Shown here: piece by piece, positions 38,269-47,792 of the stretch
Numbering within the stretch: the first letter of the stretch is position 1
Layout: each line of letters starts with the position of its first letter
Source of the DNA: an uncultured delta proteobacterium
Lineage (GTDB): Bacteria; Desulfobacterota; Desulfobacteria; Desulfobacterales; JAHEIW01
Length of the DNA stretch: 64,000 bases
Direction: 5' to 3'
Assembly: GCA_963706575.1 (NCBI GenBank)
Contig: CAVPNL010000008.1
Span: forward strand, 64,001-128,000
The notes under the pieces: generated by a model
Databases searched by the model: none
What the model was told of the DNA's origin: nothing
What the model saw: only the letters and a program-made list of their open reading frames with translations
Translations under genes and position numbers: made by a program

Positions 38269-38355
38269 TGGTCTTGTGTCTCCTGTGTTTCTTTAAGCTA
38301 TCTCAATTTGCCGCCAGCGACTAACATTCAAGGCTTTGCTGTAAATACTCGAATA

Positions 38356-38425
38356 TCGCGGCAAGATGCCGCTCCCACTGATGACAATGCGAAATGCGAT
38401 GTGGGAGTGGCTTCCAGCCACGATT
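38356..38425. repeat. REP doublet (GTGG family), copy 2
   Basis: Reverse complement of the 12199..12291 arms, 22-bp spacer. Confidence 0.85.
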
Positions 38426-38442
38426 CTTGTGTTTTTCTTATT

Positions 38443-38469
38443 ATATCGGTTAAATATTCAAATACTTAA
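38443..38469 (-). promoter_or_regulatory. Sigma-28-like promoter motif upstream of the OmpA gene
   Basis: Minus strand TTAAGTAT-N11-ACCGATAT. Confidence 0.45.
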
Positions 38470-38549
38470 CAAAAATTGTGATGGGATGGAGACCGGGTTG
38501 ATTTTTTAGGCAGTCGGCAAAGCGGGCATTAAATATTTTTATAATGATT

Positions 38550-39203
38550 TCAAATAGTTAAAAGACCGAGGGTAAAGATGGCCAGGTTGCCCAGGGAATG
38601 AATCGTTATCGGAACCAGAAGATTTTTCTCGATTTCATATGCAACTGCAAATAGGATCCCGCCGATGAGCTGGGTGACCGGAATGGCAAGCCCGGAAGAG
38701 GGGGAGTGGGGCAGTACAAATAACAGGGTGCTTAATAATACAGCTGCGGGTATTCCCCATCTTCGGAAAAAGCCATAAAGGATGCCCCGGAAAAATATTT
38801 CTTCGGCAACGGGTCCGATCAACGCCCCTACCAGCAAAAAGGTGATGAACCTGTTGCTTTCAGAAGGCAGCTGCATGCGAAAGAGCGCCGTAACCTTGAT
38901 TCCCGCAAGATAGGTGATAAATAAAACGACTCCGGCCGCGACTCCGAATGAGATCGCCCAAATCAAGCCGCTTTTAAGTCCCCTGTATATTTGGGACAAT
39001 GACAGCCCGATGATCGAAAGCCGGTTTTCCCGGAATTTGATGAGGGCCAGCAGAAAAATGATCTGCACAAGACGTGCCAGACCCACACCGGTCAGGGGAG
39101 CCAGAAGATTATGGCTGAGCAGCATTCGTGCCGTGAGTTCGATCGCCGCGATGCCTAAAATGGATATGATTAGGGTGCTTAATTTAATTTCGTTTGCCGC
39201 CAT
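38550..39203 (-). CDS. CPBP (type II CAAX) family intramembrane glutamic endopeptidase
   Basis: PVAEEIFFRG, FVLPH and ITIHSLGN motifs; multi-TM. Confidence 0.92.
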   Translation of the reverse strand: MAANEIKLSTLIISILGIAAIELTARMLLSHNLLAPLTGVGLARLVQIIFLLALIKFRENRLSIIGLSLSQIYRGLKSGLIWAISFGVAAGVVLFITYLAGIKVTALFRMQLPSESNRFITFLLVGALIGPVAEEIFFRGILYGFFRRWGIPAAVLLSTLLFVLPHSPSSGLAIPVTQLIGGILFAVAYEIEKNLLVPITIHSLGNLAIFTLGLLTI

Positions 39204-40673
39204 CCAAGTGCTCGCAGTGCCTTGTAGGCATACCATTGAAGGTACCAGTCATCTGATGTCTTAATTACCTGCATGATTCTGCCAATCGCTTCTTTATTTT
39301 TCCTTCTACCCAGACCATACAGTGCCATCGAAGCAACATTGGGATGGGTGTCATTTACAAAGCCTAAAAGATCTCTATAGGTCCCCGGTTTACGGGAATT
39401 GGCCAATGTTCTGACGAACCAGTAACGCTCAGCAATATAATCGCTTTTTAATAGTTCCGGGTAGGTATGAAACTGTTTTATCTCTAAACCGTTTTGATCA
39501 ATAAACTTCAATGCTGCAACCCGATCCTGCCAGCGGCCCGAGTCCAGCGCGTCCGAAAGGTTTCTTTCAGAAATATTACGAGTCCTATTCAGCTGAAAAG
39601 AGAATATAAAAACCAGGCACAGAACAAAGCACAGGATGGAAGCAATTAGAGAAGAGCTTCTTAAGTTAAAGAAAATGCCAAACAAAATACTGATTATCCC
39701 ATGCACGATGACATAAACGGCCAGTGGAAAGCCGGACAATAACGAAAACATGGTGATCTTTCGAAAAAAAGCCCATGTGTCGCTCTTTTGTTCAAATTCC
39801 GTTATTGCTCCATGAGGGTCGAAGAAAAATTTTTTAGCAGATATTCGCAAAACAGGGCGGTCATGACTTTTGAAGATAAAGTCATCTCCTGTTGAAACAA
39901 CCTTGAGGTCGGCATCGATGTTCCGCTGAATCGGGATGTAGTCATGGTTGAGAAAAATATTTTCAAGCATCCGGACGACCTCGGCTTTTTGGCTTTCGAT
40001 CCTTCCGGTCTTGAGCATCTTCTGATTCAATGATTTGAAAACCTCGGCAGGATACAGCGTATATTTGTAGTAAAATTTATTTATTTTCGAGCCAACAGGA
40101 TTTGAGAGTAAATAGATATCGCGAAAGTCGGTAAACATCCGGCTGTCGATTTGCCAGGCTAAAAACAGTGCCAGCACAATGACAGGTATGATATGAAGGA
40201 TTTCATTTGGGGTGCCGATTCTGCTTATTCAGATAAGACATTTGTTTTGCGGCAGTAATAAATACAACCGGCGGGATTAGCAGGAAGTATAAAGTTACAA
40301 AGAGTTTAAACCCATGAAAATTAAAAGCTGCCAGGCAGGCCACCCAGAGTAATAGAAAAACGTAAAGAAGAAATATCCTGCGGTAGAATAGGCGGTCCCA
40401 AATCCATGCCAGCGCTAATGAGAGGAAGGAAATTCCTGCGCCAATGCTGAATGTAAAAAAAAGACCTCCAAAAAAAGCCGGTGCTGCTTTGCGTAACTGG
40501 CCCATTACGTGGGAATTGGGTATTGTCAGATAACCCGCACCTTTTATTGCCAACAGGCTGTCATAAAGCACGGTGTTGGATAAATAAACATGAACCATTG
40601 CCAGAATCTGAGCCAGGGTCAGGCCGATCAGTAGTGAAGAAAAGGGGTATAGGCTATTTAATCTCTTTCGCAT
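39179..40673 (-). CDS. Multi-TM membrane protein with C-terminal HEAT-like repeats (frameshift near 40203)
   Basis: ORFs 40203..40673 and 39179..40177 join; overlaps the CPBP gene start. Confidence 0.7.
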
Positions 40674-40793
40674 GACGGTTTATGACCCATTAGGGTAAAA
40701 GCGCGAAAAACCTTAATTTTAGACAATCTGCGAAGAATTTTGGATATTCAAAAATTTGCTAAGCACCCATTGATATGATATATTTTCTTAAGA

Positions 40794-40852
40794 TAAGCGT
40801 TTTAAATTTTTAAAAAGGGCATGTTCTTTATTTTAAAAATTTAAAACGCTTA
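40794..40852. promoter_or_regulatory. Perfect 22-bp inverted repeat in a divergent intergenic region
   Basis: TAAGCGTTTTAAATTTTTAAAA-N15-TTTTAAAAATTTAAAACGCTTA. Confidence 0.6.
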
Positions 40853-40900
40853 ATCTATAATTTTATCATTATAATGACCCATTTGGTCAAGAAAAAGAAC

Positions 40901-41101
40901 TATAAGCGGTTTGAAAACCCCATCTCCCCGCTCAATGGAGCGGGATTTCGCATCTAATTTAAAGAGATTTAAGGGGCTCAAAAGGCTTCTTGGTTGCGTC
41001 GTCTAGCCTTGCTGAGCACCTTAATCTAAAAAGATCAGAAGCGAAGTCCCGCTGGCAAGCGGGGCCCTTGGACCTGATCTGAGGTTTTGAAACCACTTCT
41101 A
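40901..41101. mobile_element. 201-bp MITE-like element related to 36873..37020
   Basis: Imperfect terminal IRs TATAAGCGGTTTGAAAACC / GGTTTTGAAACCACTTCTA; shares the GCCCTTG-N-AC-N-TGATCT subterminal motif. Confidence 0.6.
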
Positions 41102-41114
41102 AGGAAAAATCAAA

Positions 41115-41816
41115 TTGATCGTTGCCGTTCATCAACCTCAGTATCTGCCCTGGATCGGCTATTTTGATAAAATGAGAAGGGCGGACGCTTTTTGCTATCT
41201 GAATGATGTTCAGTATAAGAAAAATGAATGGCAAAACCGAAATCGGATTAAAACCGCTCAGGACTGGCAATGGCTAACGGTGCCGGTGCGCTATCGTTTT
41301 CCTGAGAAAATTAATGAAGTCCAGATTAATAATACGACCCAGTGGAGCAAAAAACACCTTCAGGCGCTGAAAACCAATTACAGCCGTGCGCCATATTTTA
41401 AAGCGTATATCTCAATCTTCGAAGATATTTTTTCCAAAGAATGGGAGCTCATATCTGAACTCAATATCCATCTGATAGAGCGTCTTAAAGATGCCCTGCA
41501 GATGCAGGAAAAGACGACCATCATCTCATCTGAGCTCACGCTTAGAGAGGAGCCGACCGACCGACTGATTGATATTTGCAAAGCCCTGGGAGCGGATACG
41601 TATCTCGCAGGCCAGGGCGGGGCAGGTTATATGGATGTGGTGCGGTTTGAAAAGAATGGGCTGAAGGTGATCATGCAGGAGTTTAAGCATCCGGCCTATT
41701 CACAATTGTTCGGAGATTTTCAGTCCCATCTGTCAATTGTGGATCTGCTGTTTAACTGCGGTCCGGAGAGTATGAACGTCATCCGTGAAACGAACGCAGA
41801 GACTGCGAAGATTTAG
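41115..41816 (+). CDS. WbqC family protein
   Basis: HQPQYLPWIGYFDK...QNRNRIK...LSIVDLLFNCG. Confidence 0.93.
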   Translation: MIVAVHQPQYLPWIGYFDKMRRADAFCYLNDVQYKKNEWQNRNRIKTAQDWQWLTVPVRYRFPEKINEVQINNTTQWSKKHLQALKTNYSRAPYFKAYISIFEDIFSKEWELISELNIHLIERLKDALQMQEKTTIISSELTLREEPTDRLIDICKALGADTYLAGQGGAGYMDVVRFEKNGLKVIMQEFKHPAYSQLFGDFQSHLSIVDLLFNCGPESMNVIRETNAETAKI

Positions 41817-41822
41817 AATAGG

Positions 41823-41958
41823 CCTCACGCAAAGCCGCAAAGGCGCAAAGTTAAAAATGATCGGGCAATATTTATTCGGTTTAACCACAGAGATCACAGA
41901 GAGCGCAGAGACAAGCTCTAAAAATCTGTTCTCTGTGGTCTCTGTGATCTCTGTGGTA
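41823..41958. repeat. Short tandem and inverted repeats (CGCAAAG-type; CACAGAGAT nonamers with inverted copies)
   Basis: ACCACAGAGATCACAGAGAGCGCAGAG ... CTCTGTGGTCTCTGTGATCTCTGTGGT. Confidence 0.75.
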
Positions 41959-42003
41959 AATTATACGATATAAATCCAATTTATTGCATAAGCAGGAGTC
42001 AGT

Positions 42004-42627
42004 ATGCAAAAAGCGACAATTCTGGCAATTGGCGCGCACCCGGATGATATCGAATTCGGTTGCGGCGGAACCATTATCAAGTATACCGAAAGAGGCCACC
42101 GCTTATTCCTGCACATTATGACCGCAGGCGGTCTCGGGGCCGAAACCGCCACGCGGATTGAAGAACAGGAAGCTTCCAAAGCGATTCTGGGAGCCGAGGA
42201 TATCTTCTGGGGCGGGTATGATGATACGCACCTCGTTGTGGATGTTGAACTCATCGGGAAGATTGAAAAAATTATTAAAAAGGTCAAGCCGGATTTTATT
42301 TTCTGCAATTTTCCGGAAGATACGCACCAGGATCACCGGCACCTGTCGCAAGCGGTCATGTCGGCCACGCGATATATCCGCAACGTTTTGTTTTTCGAAG
42401 GGCCCACAACCCAGAATTTCAAACCCCATGTTTTTGTGGATATCTCCGATACACTCGACAAAAAAATCCAAGCCCTTAAAGCCCATAAGTCCCAGGTGAT
42501 GAAAACCAATATTGAAGACCTATCAATTGTGGAAGTTGCCCGCTCCAGCGCGAATTTTCGCGGAATTCAAGGCCGAGTTAAGTTCGCGGAAGCGTTTCAC
42601 AGCTTACGCCTCTTTATCAACATATAA
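42004..42627 (+). CDS. PIG-L/LmbE family N-acetylsugar deacetylase
   Basis: AHPDDIE and HQDH motifs. Confidence 0.93.
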   Translation: MQKATILAIGAHPDDIEFGCGGTIIKYTERGHRLFLHIMTAGGLGAETATRIEEQEASKAILGAEDIFWGGYDDTHLVVDVELIGKIEKIIKKVKPDFIFCNFPEDTHQDHRHLSQAVMSATRYIRNVLFFEGPTTQNFKPHVFVDISDTLDKKIQALKAHKSQVMKTNIEDLSIVEVARSSANFRGIQGRVKFAEAFHSLRLFINI

Positions 42628-42722
42628 AATAGATAAAAGACTTTAATTTTAGGCATTTTAGGCACTTCGAACTTTAGGCATTTCTACAAAAACCCCGCAT
42701 TGTTTGAATATTTAAAATAAAT

Positions 42723-43811
42723 TTGAAAAAGCAAGCTGCACCAAATTTGAAACACATACCTCATTCCCGTCCGACGCTGGGCGAAGAAGAGGTTCGTGCC
42801 GTTTCGGCGGTTATCGAGTCAGGAAATATTGCCGAAGGGGAAGTCGTTCAAAGATTTGAGCACGCCTTTGCCGAAAAGATAGGTGTCAGGCATGCAGTGG
42901 CGGTGAGTTCCGGAACCGCAGCTTTGCATCTTGCCCTTCTGGCAATGGGAATCGGCCCCAAGGATGAAGTCATAATTCCAAGTTATGTCTGCGCAGCCCT
43001 GCTGCATGCGGTGCAATATGCCGGGGCGCAACCCGTATTGGCAGAGATCGATCCGCTGACCTATAATATTGATCCGGATGATGTTAAAAAGCGAATTACC
43101 ACCCGCACCAGGGCCATCATTGTGCCGCATATGTTTGGTCTGGCTGCCGATCTGGATCGGCTCCTAAAATTGGATGTGCCGATCATAGAAGACTGCGCCC
43201 AGGCTGCGGGGGGCACCCATCATCAAAAACCACTCGGAACATTCGGGGATGCCGCCATATTTTCCTTTTATGCCACTAAAATGATGGCAACCGGCGAAGG
43301 GGGGATGGTTACCTCTAATTCGCCTGAATTCATAGCGCGCATACGGGACTTGAAAACCTATGACGGGAAAATAGCTGATACCGTTCGCTACAACTATAAA
43401 ATGACCGATGTGCAGGCGGCGTTGGGAGAAGTTCAGCTTGCGCGTCTTCCTGATTTCATCGCGCAAAGAAGAAAAATTGCCCGAACGTACTGTGAAGATT
43501 TCAAATTATTGAATATAAAGCTTCCAGTCGAAATAGATGAACACATCTATTATCGGTTTGTTGTTGGCTTAGAAACCGACTGTGAAGGGTTTATCCGAAA
43601 ACTCGTGCAAAAGGCGGTGGGGTGTGCGCGTCCGGTATTTTTGCCCATTCACCGTCATCTGGAAAAAGACGGATATCCGGTTACCGATAAAGTCTGGGAA
43701 ACGTCTTTGTCCATCCCCATCTATCCTTCCCTCAACATCAGTGCGATCAAACAAATAATTGCCTGTTTTATTGGCGAATATGAAAAGCACAAAAGCTCGG
43801 CAGACGGCTGA
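42723..43811 (+). CDS. DegT/DnrJ/EryC1/StrS sugar aminotransferase
   Basis: SSGTAAL, EDCAQA, SFYATKMMATGEGG. Confidence 0.95.
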   Translation: MKKQAAPNLKHIPHSRPTLGEEEVRAVSAVIESGNIAEGEVVQRFEHAFAEKIGVRHAVAVSSGTAALHLALLAMGIGPKDEVIIPSYVCAALLHAVQYAGAQPVLAEIDPLTYNIDPDDVKKRITTRTRAIIVPHMFGLAADLDRLLKLDVPIIEDCAQAAGGTHHQKPLGTFGDAAIFSFYATKMMATGEGGMVTSNSPEFIARIRDLKTYDGKIADTVRYNYKMTDVQAALGEVQLARLPDFIAQRRKIARTYCEDFKLLNIKLPVEIDEHIYYRFVVGLETDCEGFIRKLVQKAVGCARPVFLPIHRHLEKDGYPVTDKVWETSLSIPIYPSLNISAIKQIIACFIGEYEKHKSSADG

Positions 43812-43929
43812 CGTGCCGGGAAAATTTTGCCAGTATTTTGACAGTAATGGTTACTGATACGATCCCGGCCTTTATGATTTTTTCTAAATAATTTTAATAG
43901 TTACAATCCTTCAAATTCACCTTGCCTAA

Positions 43930-43945
43930 TGGCACGAAATGTGCA
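43930..43945 (+). promoter_or_regulatory. Sigma-54 promoter upstream of wecA-like gene
   Basis: TGGCACGAAATGTGCA, GG-N10-GC. Confidence 0.75.
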
Positions 43946-44127
43946 ATCTGCAATAAACGATGTGTTTTTAAATCCAGCTGTTATCAAGAATTACGTATAA
44001 TTTACAAGGTATTAGGCGCCTTATGGCATCCGGTTCCTTCGTTGCGGCAACATTAGTCGGCTAAAAAATCCGGTATGTCAAAAAGGTTCTCACTACCGCT
44101 ATGGTTTTATAATTTTGACGTTCACCT

Positions 44128-45417
44128 ATGGTTCAAATTGTAAAAGGCACAACCTCCAGCAGCTATGTTGAGCCCGGTGCTCTTCCCAACAGATCTATAC
44201 GGGAAACTAGCGGTTTCGAACTGGTTGCCGGAAGCACAAAAAGGGAAGTCGAGAAAAGTCCAAACATCCTGAACATCAATTTGTTTATTTATATTTCTGC
44301 GGCTGTTGTGGCATTTATTCTCTTTCTTCCTCAGGTGCGGGGATTTTTCTCAGAAATCGGTTGGAGATGGGCTCATATTTTGTGCCTGTCATTTTCGCTT
44401 TCTTTTTTTATGAATCCGGTTTTTGCCAGGATTGCAAAAAAAATGAATATTCTCGACATTCCGGATGCCAGAAAACTTCACAAAGAAGCCACCCCTCTTC
44501 TCGGGGGTGCGGCTGTTTTTTTCGGTTTCAGTCTGGCCCTTCTGACGAACGGAATTTTTTCCAAACCGATTGTGGTCATTCTGATTGCATCGTTGATCCT
44601 TTTTGGAATCGGCATCCTGGATGACATTAAGGAAGTATCTGCCGGGTTAAAACTTTTGACTCAATTGGCGTGCAGCCTGCTGGTTATGAGCAGCGGAATT
44701 ATACTGCGCGTTTTGCCGGTGGATCTCGGTATTTTTGCAACCATTGGAAATTCCCTTTTAACGGTGTTCTGGATTATCGGCATTGCCAACGCCATGAATT
44801 TTTTTGACGGCATGGATGGACTGGCAGCAGGTCTGGGGGCGGTGATCTCCTTTTTTCTGGGTGTGGTGGCCTTTCAAACCGGCCAGCCCTTTTTAGGATG
44901 GGTTGCAATTGCTATGCTGGGCGGTTGTCTGGGGTTTTTACCGTTCAATTTCCGGATAAAAAAAAATGCAGCCATTTTTTTGGGCGATGCCGGCAGTGTC
45001 GTGATTGGATTCATTCTGGCATGTGTGGCGGTCTACGGAGATTGGGCCCAGGGTAATCCGGTTGTCGCCCTGGTCTCGCCGGTTTTGATTTTCTGGATTT
45101 TAATTTTCGACATGGTGCACATTACCGTTGATCGGATACTGACCGGCAAAGTTAAAAATTTCAGGCAATGGATAGAATACGTGGGCAAAGATCACCTGCA
45201 CCACCGTTTAGCAAATGTCCTGGGCGGCAGAAAGCAAAGCGTGCTGTTTATCTATCTGCTCGGCCTGTGTCTGGGAACCAGTGCAGTAGTGCTGCGTAAT
45301 GCCAGACCGACGGATGCCATTCTGCTGATTATCCAGGCTTGCATAATGGTTGTGTTGATAACGGTTCTGGAAAGGCGCGGCCGGAAGGCGAACGGAACAC
45401 TGAAATCTAAACCTTAA
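44128..45417 (+). CDS. wecA: Undecaprenyl-phosphate GlcNAc-1-phosphate transferase (WecA/MraY family)
   Basis: DIPDARKLH...PLLGG, LDD, NAMNFFDGMDGLA, FLGDAGS, HLHHRL. Confidence 0.88.
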   Translation: MVQIVKGTTSSSYVEPGALPNRSIRETSGFELVAGSTKREVEKSPNILNINLFIYISAAVVAFILFLPQVRGFFSEIGWRWAHILCLSFSLSFFMNPVFARIAKKMNILDIPDARKLHKEATPLLGGAAVFFGFSLALLTNGIFSKPIVVILIASLILFGIGILDDIKEVSAGLKLLTQLACSLLVMSSGIILRVLPVDLGIFATIGNSLLTVFWIIGIANAMNFFDGMDGLAAGLGAVISFFLGVVAFQTGQPFLGWVAIAMLGGCLGFLPFNFRIKKNAAIFLGDAGSVVIGFILACVAVYGDWAQGNPVVALVSPVLIFWILIFDMVHITVDRILTGKVKNFRQWIEYVGKDHLHHRLANVLGGRKQSVLFIYLLGLCLGTSAVVLRNARPTDAILLIIQACIMVVLITVLERRGRKANGTLKSKP

Positions 45418-45677
45418 TCAGTAAAGACTATTTTGTACAAAGCGTTATTAACCACGAAGAACACGAAGAATTAAAAATCGAGGAAGAAGTTGCTAAATGT
45501 TTAAGTAATTGCGATTTTAAATTGCTCTTCGTGCAAATGGCTCATCTTTTCGTTGCGTGGGTGATTCGATCCACGAACCAATGACATGATACTTTATTGA
45601 GGCTTTAAGCAAATATCAAAATCCAACTTTCATTTTCGGTATAGTTGAGTTGAACGGAGTTAAACTTTGAGATAAAC

Positions 45678-46718
45678 GTGGTGCAATTCAGGGAAATCGA
45701 AAATAAGCCGCAGGCATTAAAGGGAACCTCTGCCGATAAAAAGGCCAGATTACGTTTTGCAAAGCTTGGCGGAGACCTGCCCAAAAACAACAAAAGCGGG
45801 GCATCGGCGATACCTGATGAAAGCCGAAAGCTTCTCTATGAGGAGGCTTCTGCCTACATCGGTGACGTCTTAAATGCTTTGCGCAGTCGCAAAGGGTTCA
45901 CGCTGGAAAAAGGGTTCGAGGTGATTCAAAAAATCGTTGCCGGAAACTATCCGCAGGATCCGGTTCTCATCCTGGCGCTGCATCAGGATGATTTACGTCG
46001 ATATGTAACCCAGCATCCTGTCAATGTTGCCGTTTTCGCGATAAAAGTGGCGGATCACCTCGGCTTTGCAAAATCGATACAGGTAGAAATCGGCATGGCT
46101 GGCTTATTACATGACGTTGGGATGGCTGTTGTTCCGGATAAAATTCTTTATAAACAGGGTAAGCTCAACAATGAAGAGATGAAGATTTTCAGACAACGCC
46201 CCAATTTCAGCTCGAAAATCCTTCGGACGTTAGGCCCCGAGTATGCCTATCTGGCGGAGTGTGCAGCTCAGGTTTATGAGAGAATAGACGGTTCCGGCTA
46301 CCCGCGCGGCCTGAAGGCAGCTGAGATGCATGAATACGCCCAGATCATCGGCCTGCTGGATATGTATGAGTCCCTGATTCACTCCAGGCCCCAAAGGGGT
46401 AAAAGAGCACCGTTCGCGGCTGTAAAAGAAATTATTAATACCAGCAAAAATCATTTTAAGAAGGAATATTTAAAAGCGCTTTTGAGCGTTTTTACCGCGT
46501 TTCCGATACACAGTTATGTGCGCTTGAATTCGGATGCCATCGGAAAAGTCATCGAGACTTATCCGGACCAGCCGCTGAGGCCCAAAATCCAGATCATATA
46601 TGATTCTCAAAAGCGAAAAGTCTTAACTAAAAAAATTGTTGCGCTGCCGGAAGACCCGCTATTGCATATTATTGATTCGATCACTGAAAATGAAATTGGC
46701 AAATTAACCGGCCCATGA
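45678..46718 (+). CDS. HD-GYP domain protein (degenerate active site)
   Basis: LLHDVG; VYERIDGSGYPRGL in place of HHE; RPQR. Confidence 0.85.
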   Translation: MVQFREIENKPQALKGTSADKKARLRFAKLGGDLPKNNKSGASAIPDESRKLLYEEASAYIGDVLNALRSRKGFTLEKGFEVIQKIVAGNYPQDPVLILALHQDDLRRYVTQHPVNVAVFAIKVADHLGFAKSIQVEIGMAGLLHDVGMAVVPDKILYKQGKLNNEEMKIFRQRPNFSSKILRTLGPEYAYLAECAAQVYERIDGSGYPRGLKAAEMHEYAQIIGLLDMYESLIHSRPQRGKRAPFAAVKEIINTSKNHFKKEYLKALLSVFTAFPIHSYVRLNSDAIGKVIETYPDQPLRPKIQIIYDSQKRKVLTKKIVALPEDPLLHIIDSITENEIGKLTGP

Positions 46719-46760
46719 GCCATAGATTTAATTAAAAGAAATATTTTAAAGGTATTTGGT

Positions 46761-46788
46761 TTAAGTTTTTAGACCCTTTTGCCGATAT
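46761..46788 (+). promoter_or_regulatory. Sigma-28-like promoter upstream of ATPase-wza-wzc operon
   Basis: TAAG-N15-GCCGATAT. Confidence 0.55.
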
Positions 46789-46950
46789 ACCTGGTGTACC
46801 AAAGAGGATTTTTACAAACTAACTAAACCGCAATCAATTCAATTGCTTAAATTTATATTAGGATAAAAATGGAATCAGTTGAAAATCTGATGGAATACTT
46901 TCGGGGAGAAAGAGATTCATCATAATTCATAATTAAAGAAACGGTGTTAT

Positions 46951-47754
46951 ATGTATTTAGAGCATTGGGGTCTTCAAAAATCGCCTTTCGGAAATGTGCC
47001 CTCACGGGATGTTTTTTATCGGTCCCCGCAGCATGAGGAAGCCCTGCGCCGTTTACTATATGCAATCGAACATCGTAAAGGGGTTGCCATGCTTACCGGA
47101 GAGGTGGGGTGTGGAAAAACCACGGTGACCAAGGCGCTCAGCAATCACCTCAACGGGGACAAGTTTCATTTTCAGATGCTGTCAAATCCGGCGCTTCAGC
47201 CCACCGATCTGCTTAAAGCGATTCTTTTGAAATTGGGCGATACCAGCTCCGATAATGGATCCAAAACGGTGTTGTTGGACCGGCTGCAGAAATTACTTTT
47301 TCAAAATGGAGAGCAGGGAATCAGCACGGTATTGGCCATCGATGAGGCCCATGTGATTTCGAATCAGGCGACGCTAGACGAGCTACGGATGCTACTCAAC
47401 ATTCAATCGGATGATGAGTTTTTGATTACGCTGGTTCTGTTGGGGCAGCCCCCGTTGCTGAAAAATATTTCCGAGCTGCAGCCACTGAAGGAAAGAATCA
47501 GCATAAAATTTAATCTTGAGCCGCTGGATATAGAAAATACCCTGCGGTATGTCGTTTTCCGGCTCAAAACAGCCGGGGCCAGTCGCGGAATTTTTACGAG
47601 GGAAGCGATTGAAGCCCTTTATGAATTTTCAGGAGGAATACCCCTGCGAATAAACAATGTGAGTGACCGCTGTTTGCTGATTGGCCTGATGCAAAAAGCC
47701 AAAGTGGTGGACAGCAAAATTGTCGAGGACGCCATCGAGGACCTCAAATCTTAA
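46951..47754 (+). CDS. ExeA/GspA-like AAA ATPase
   Basis: MYLEHWGL..PF, GEVGCGKTT, IDEAH, LLGQP, GGIPLRIN. Confidence 0.92.
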   Translation: MYLEHWGLQKSPFGNVPSRDVFYRSPQHEEALRRLLYAIEHRKGVAMLTGEVGCGKTTVTKALSNHLNGDKFHFQMLSNPALQPTDLLKAILLKLGDTSSDNGSKTVLLDRLQKLLFQNGEQGISTVLAIDEAHVISNQATLDELRMLLNIQSDDEFLITLVLLGQPPLLKNISELQPLKERISIKFNLEPLDIENTLRYVVFRLKTAGASRGIFTREAIEALYEFSGGIPLRINNVSDRCLLIGLMQKAKVVDSKIVEDAIEDLKS

Positions 47755-47792
47755 GGAGTATCGAATACAAAAAAAGGATTAGGATTAGAAAA

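Noticed and set aside
41881..42099. ORF containing HRDHRDHRE
   Set aside because: Artefact of nonamer DNA repeats, antisense to the PIG-L gene.
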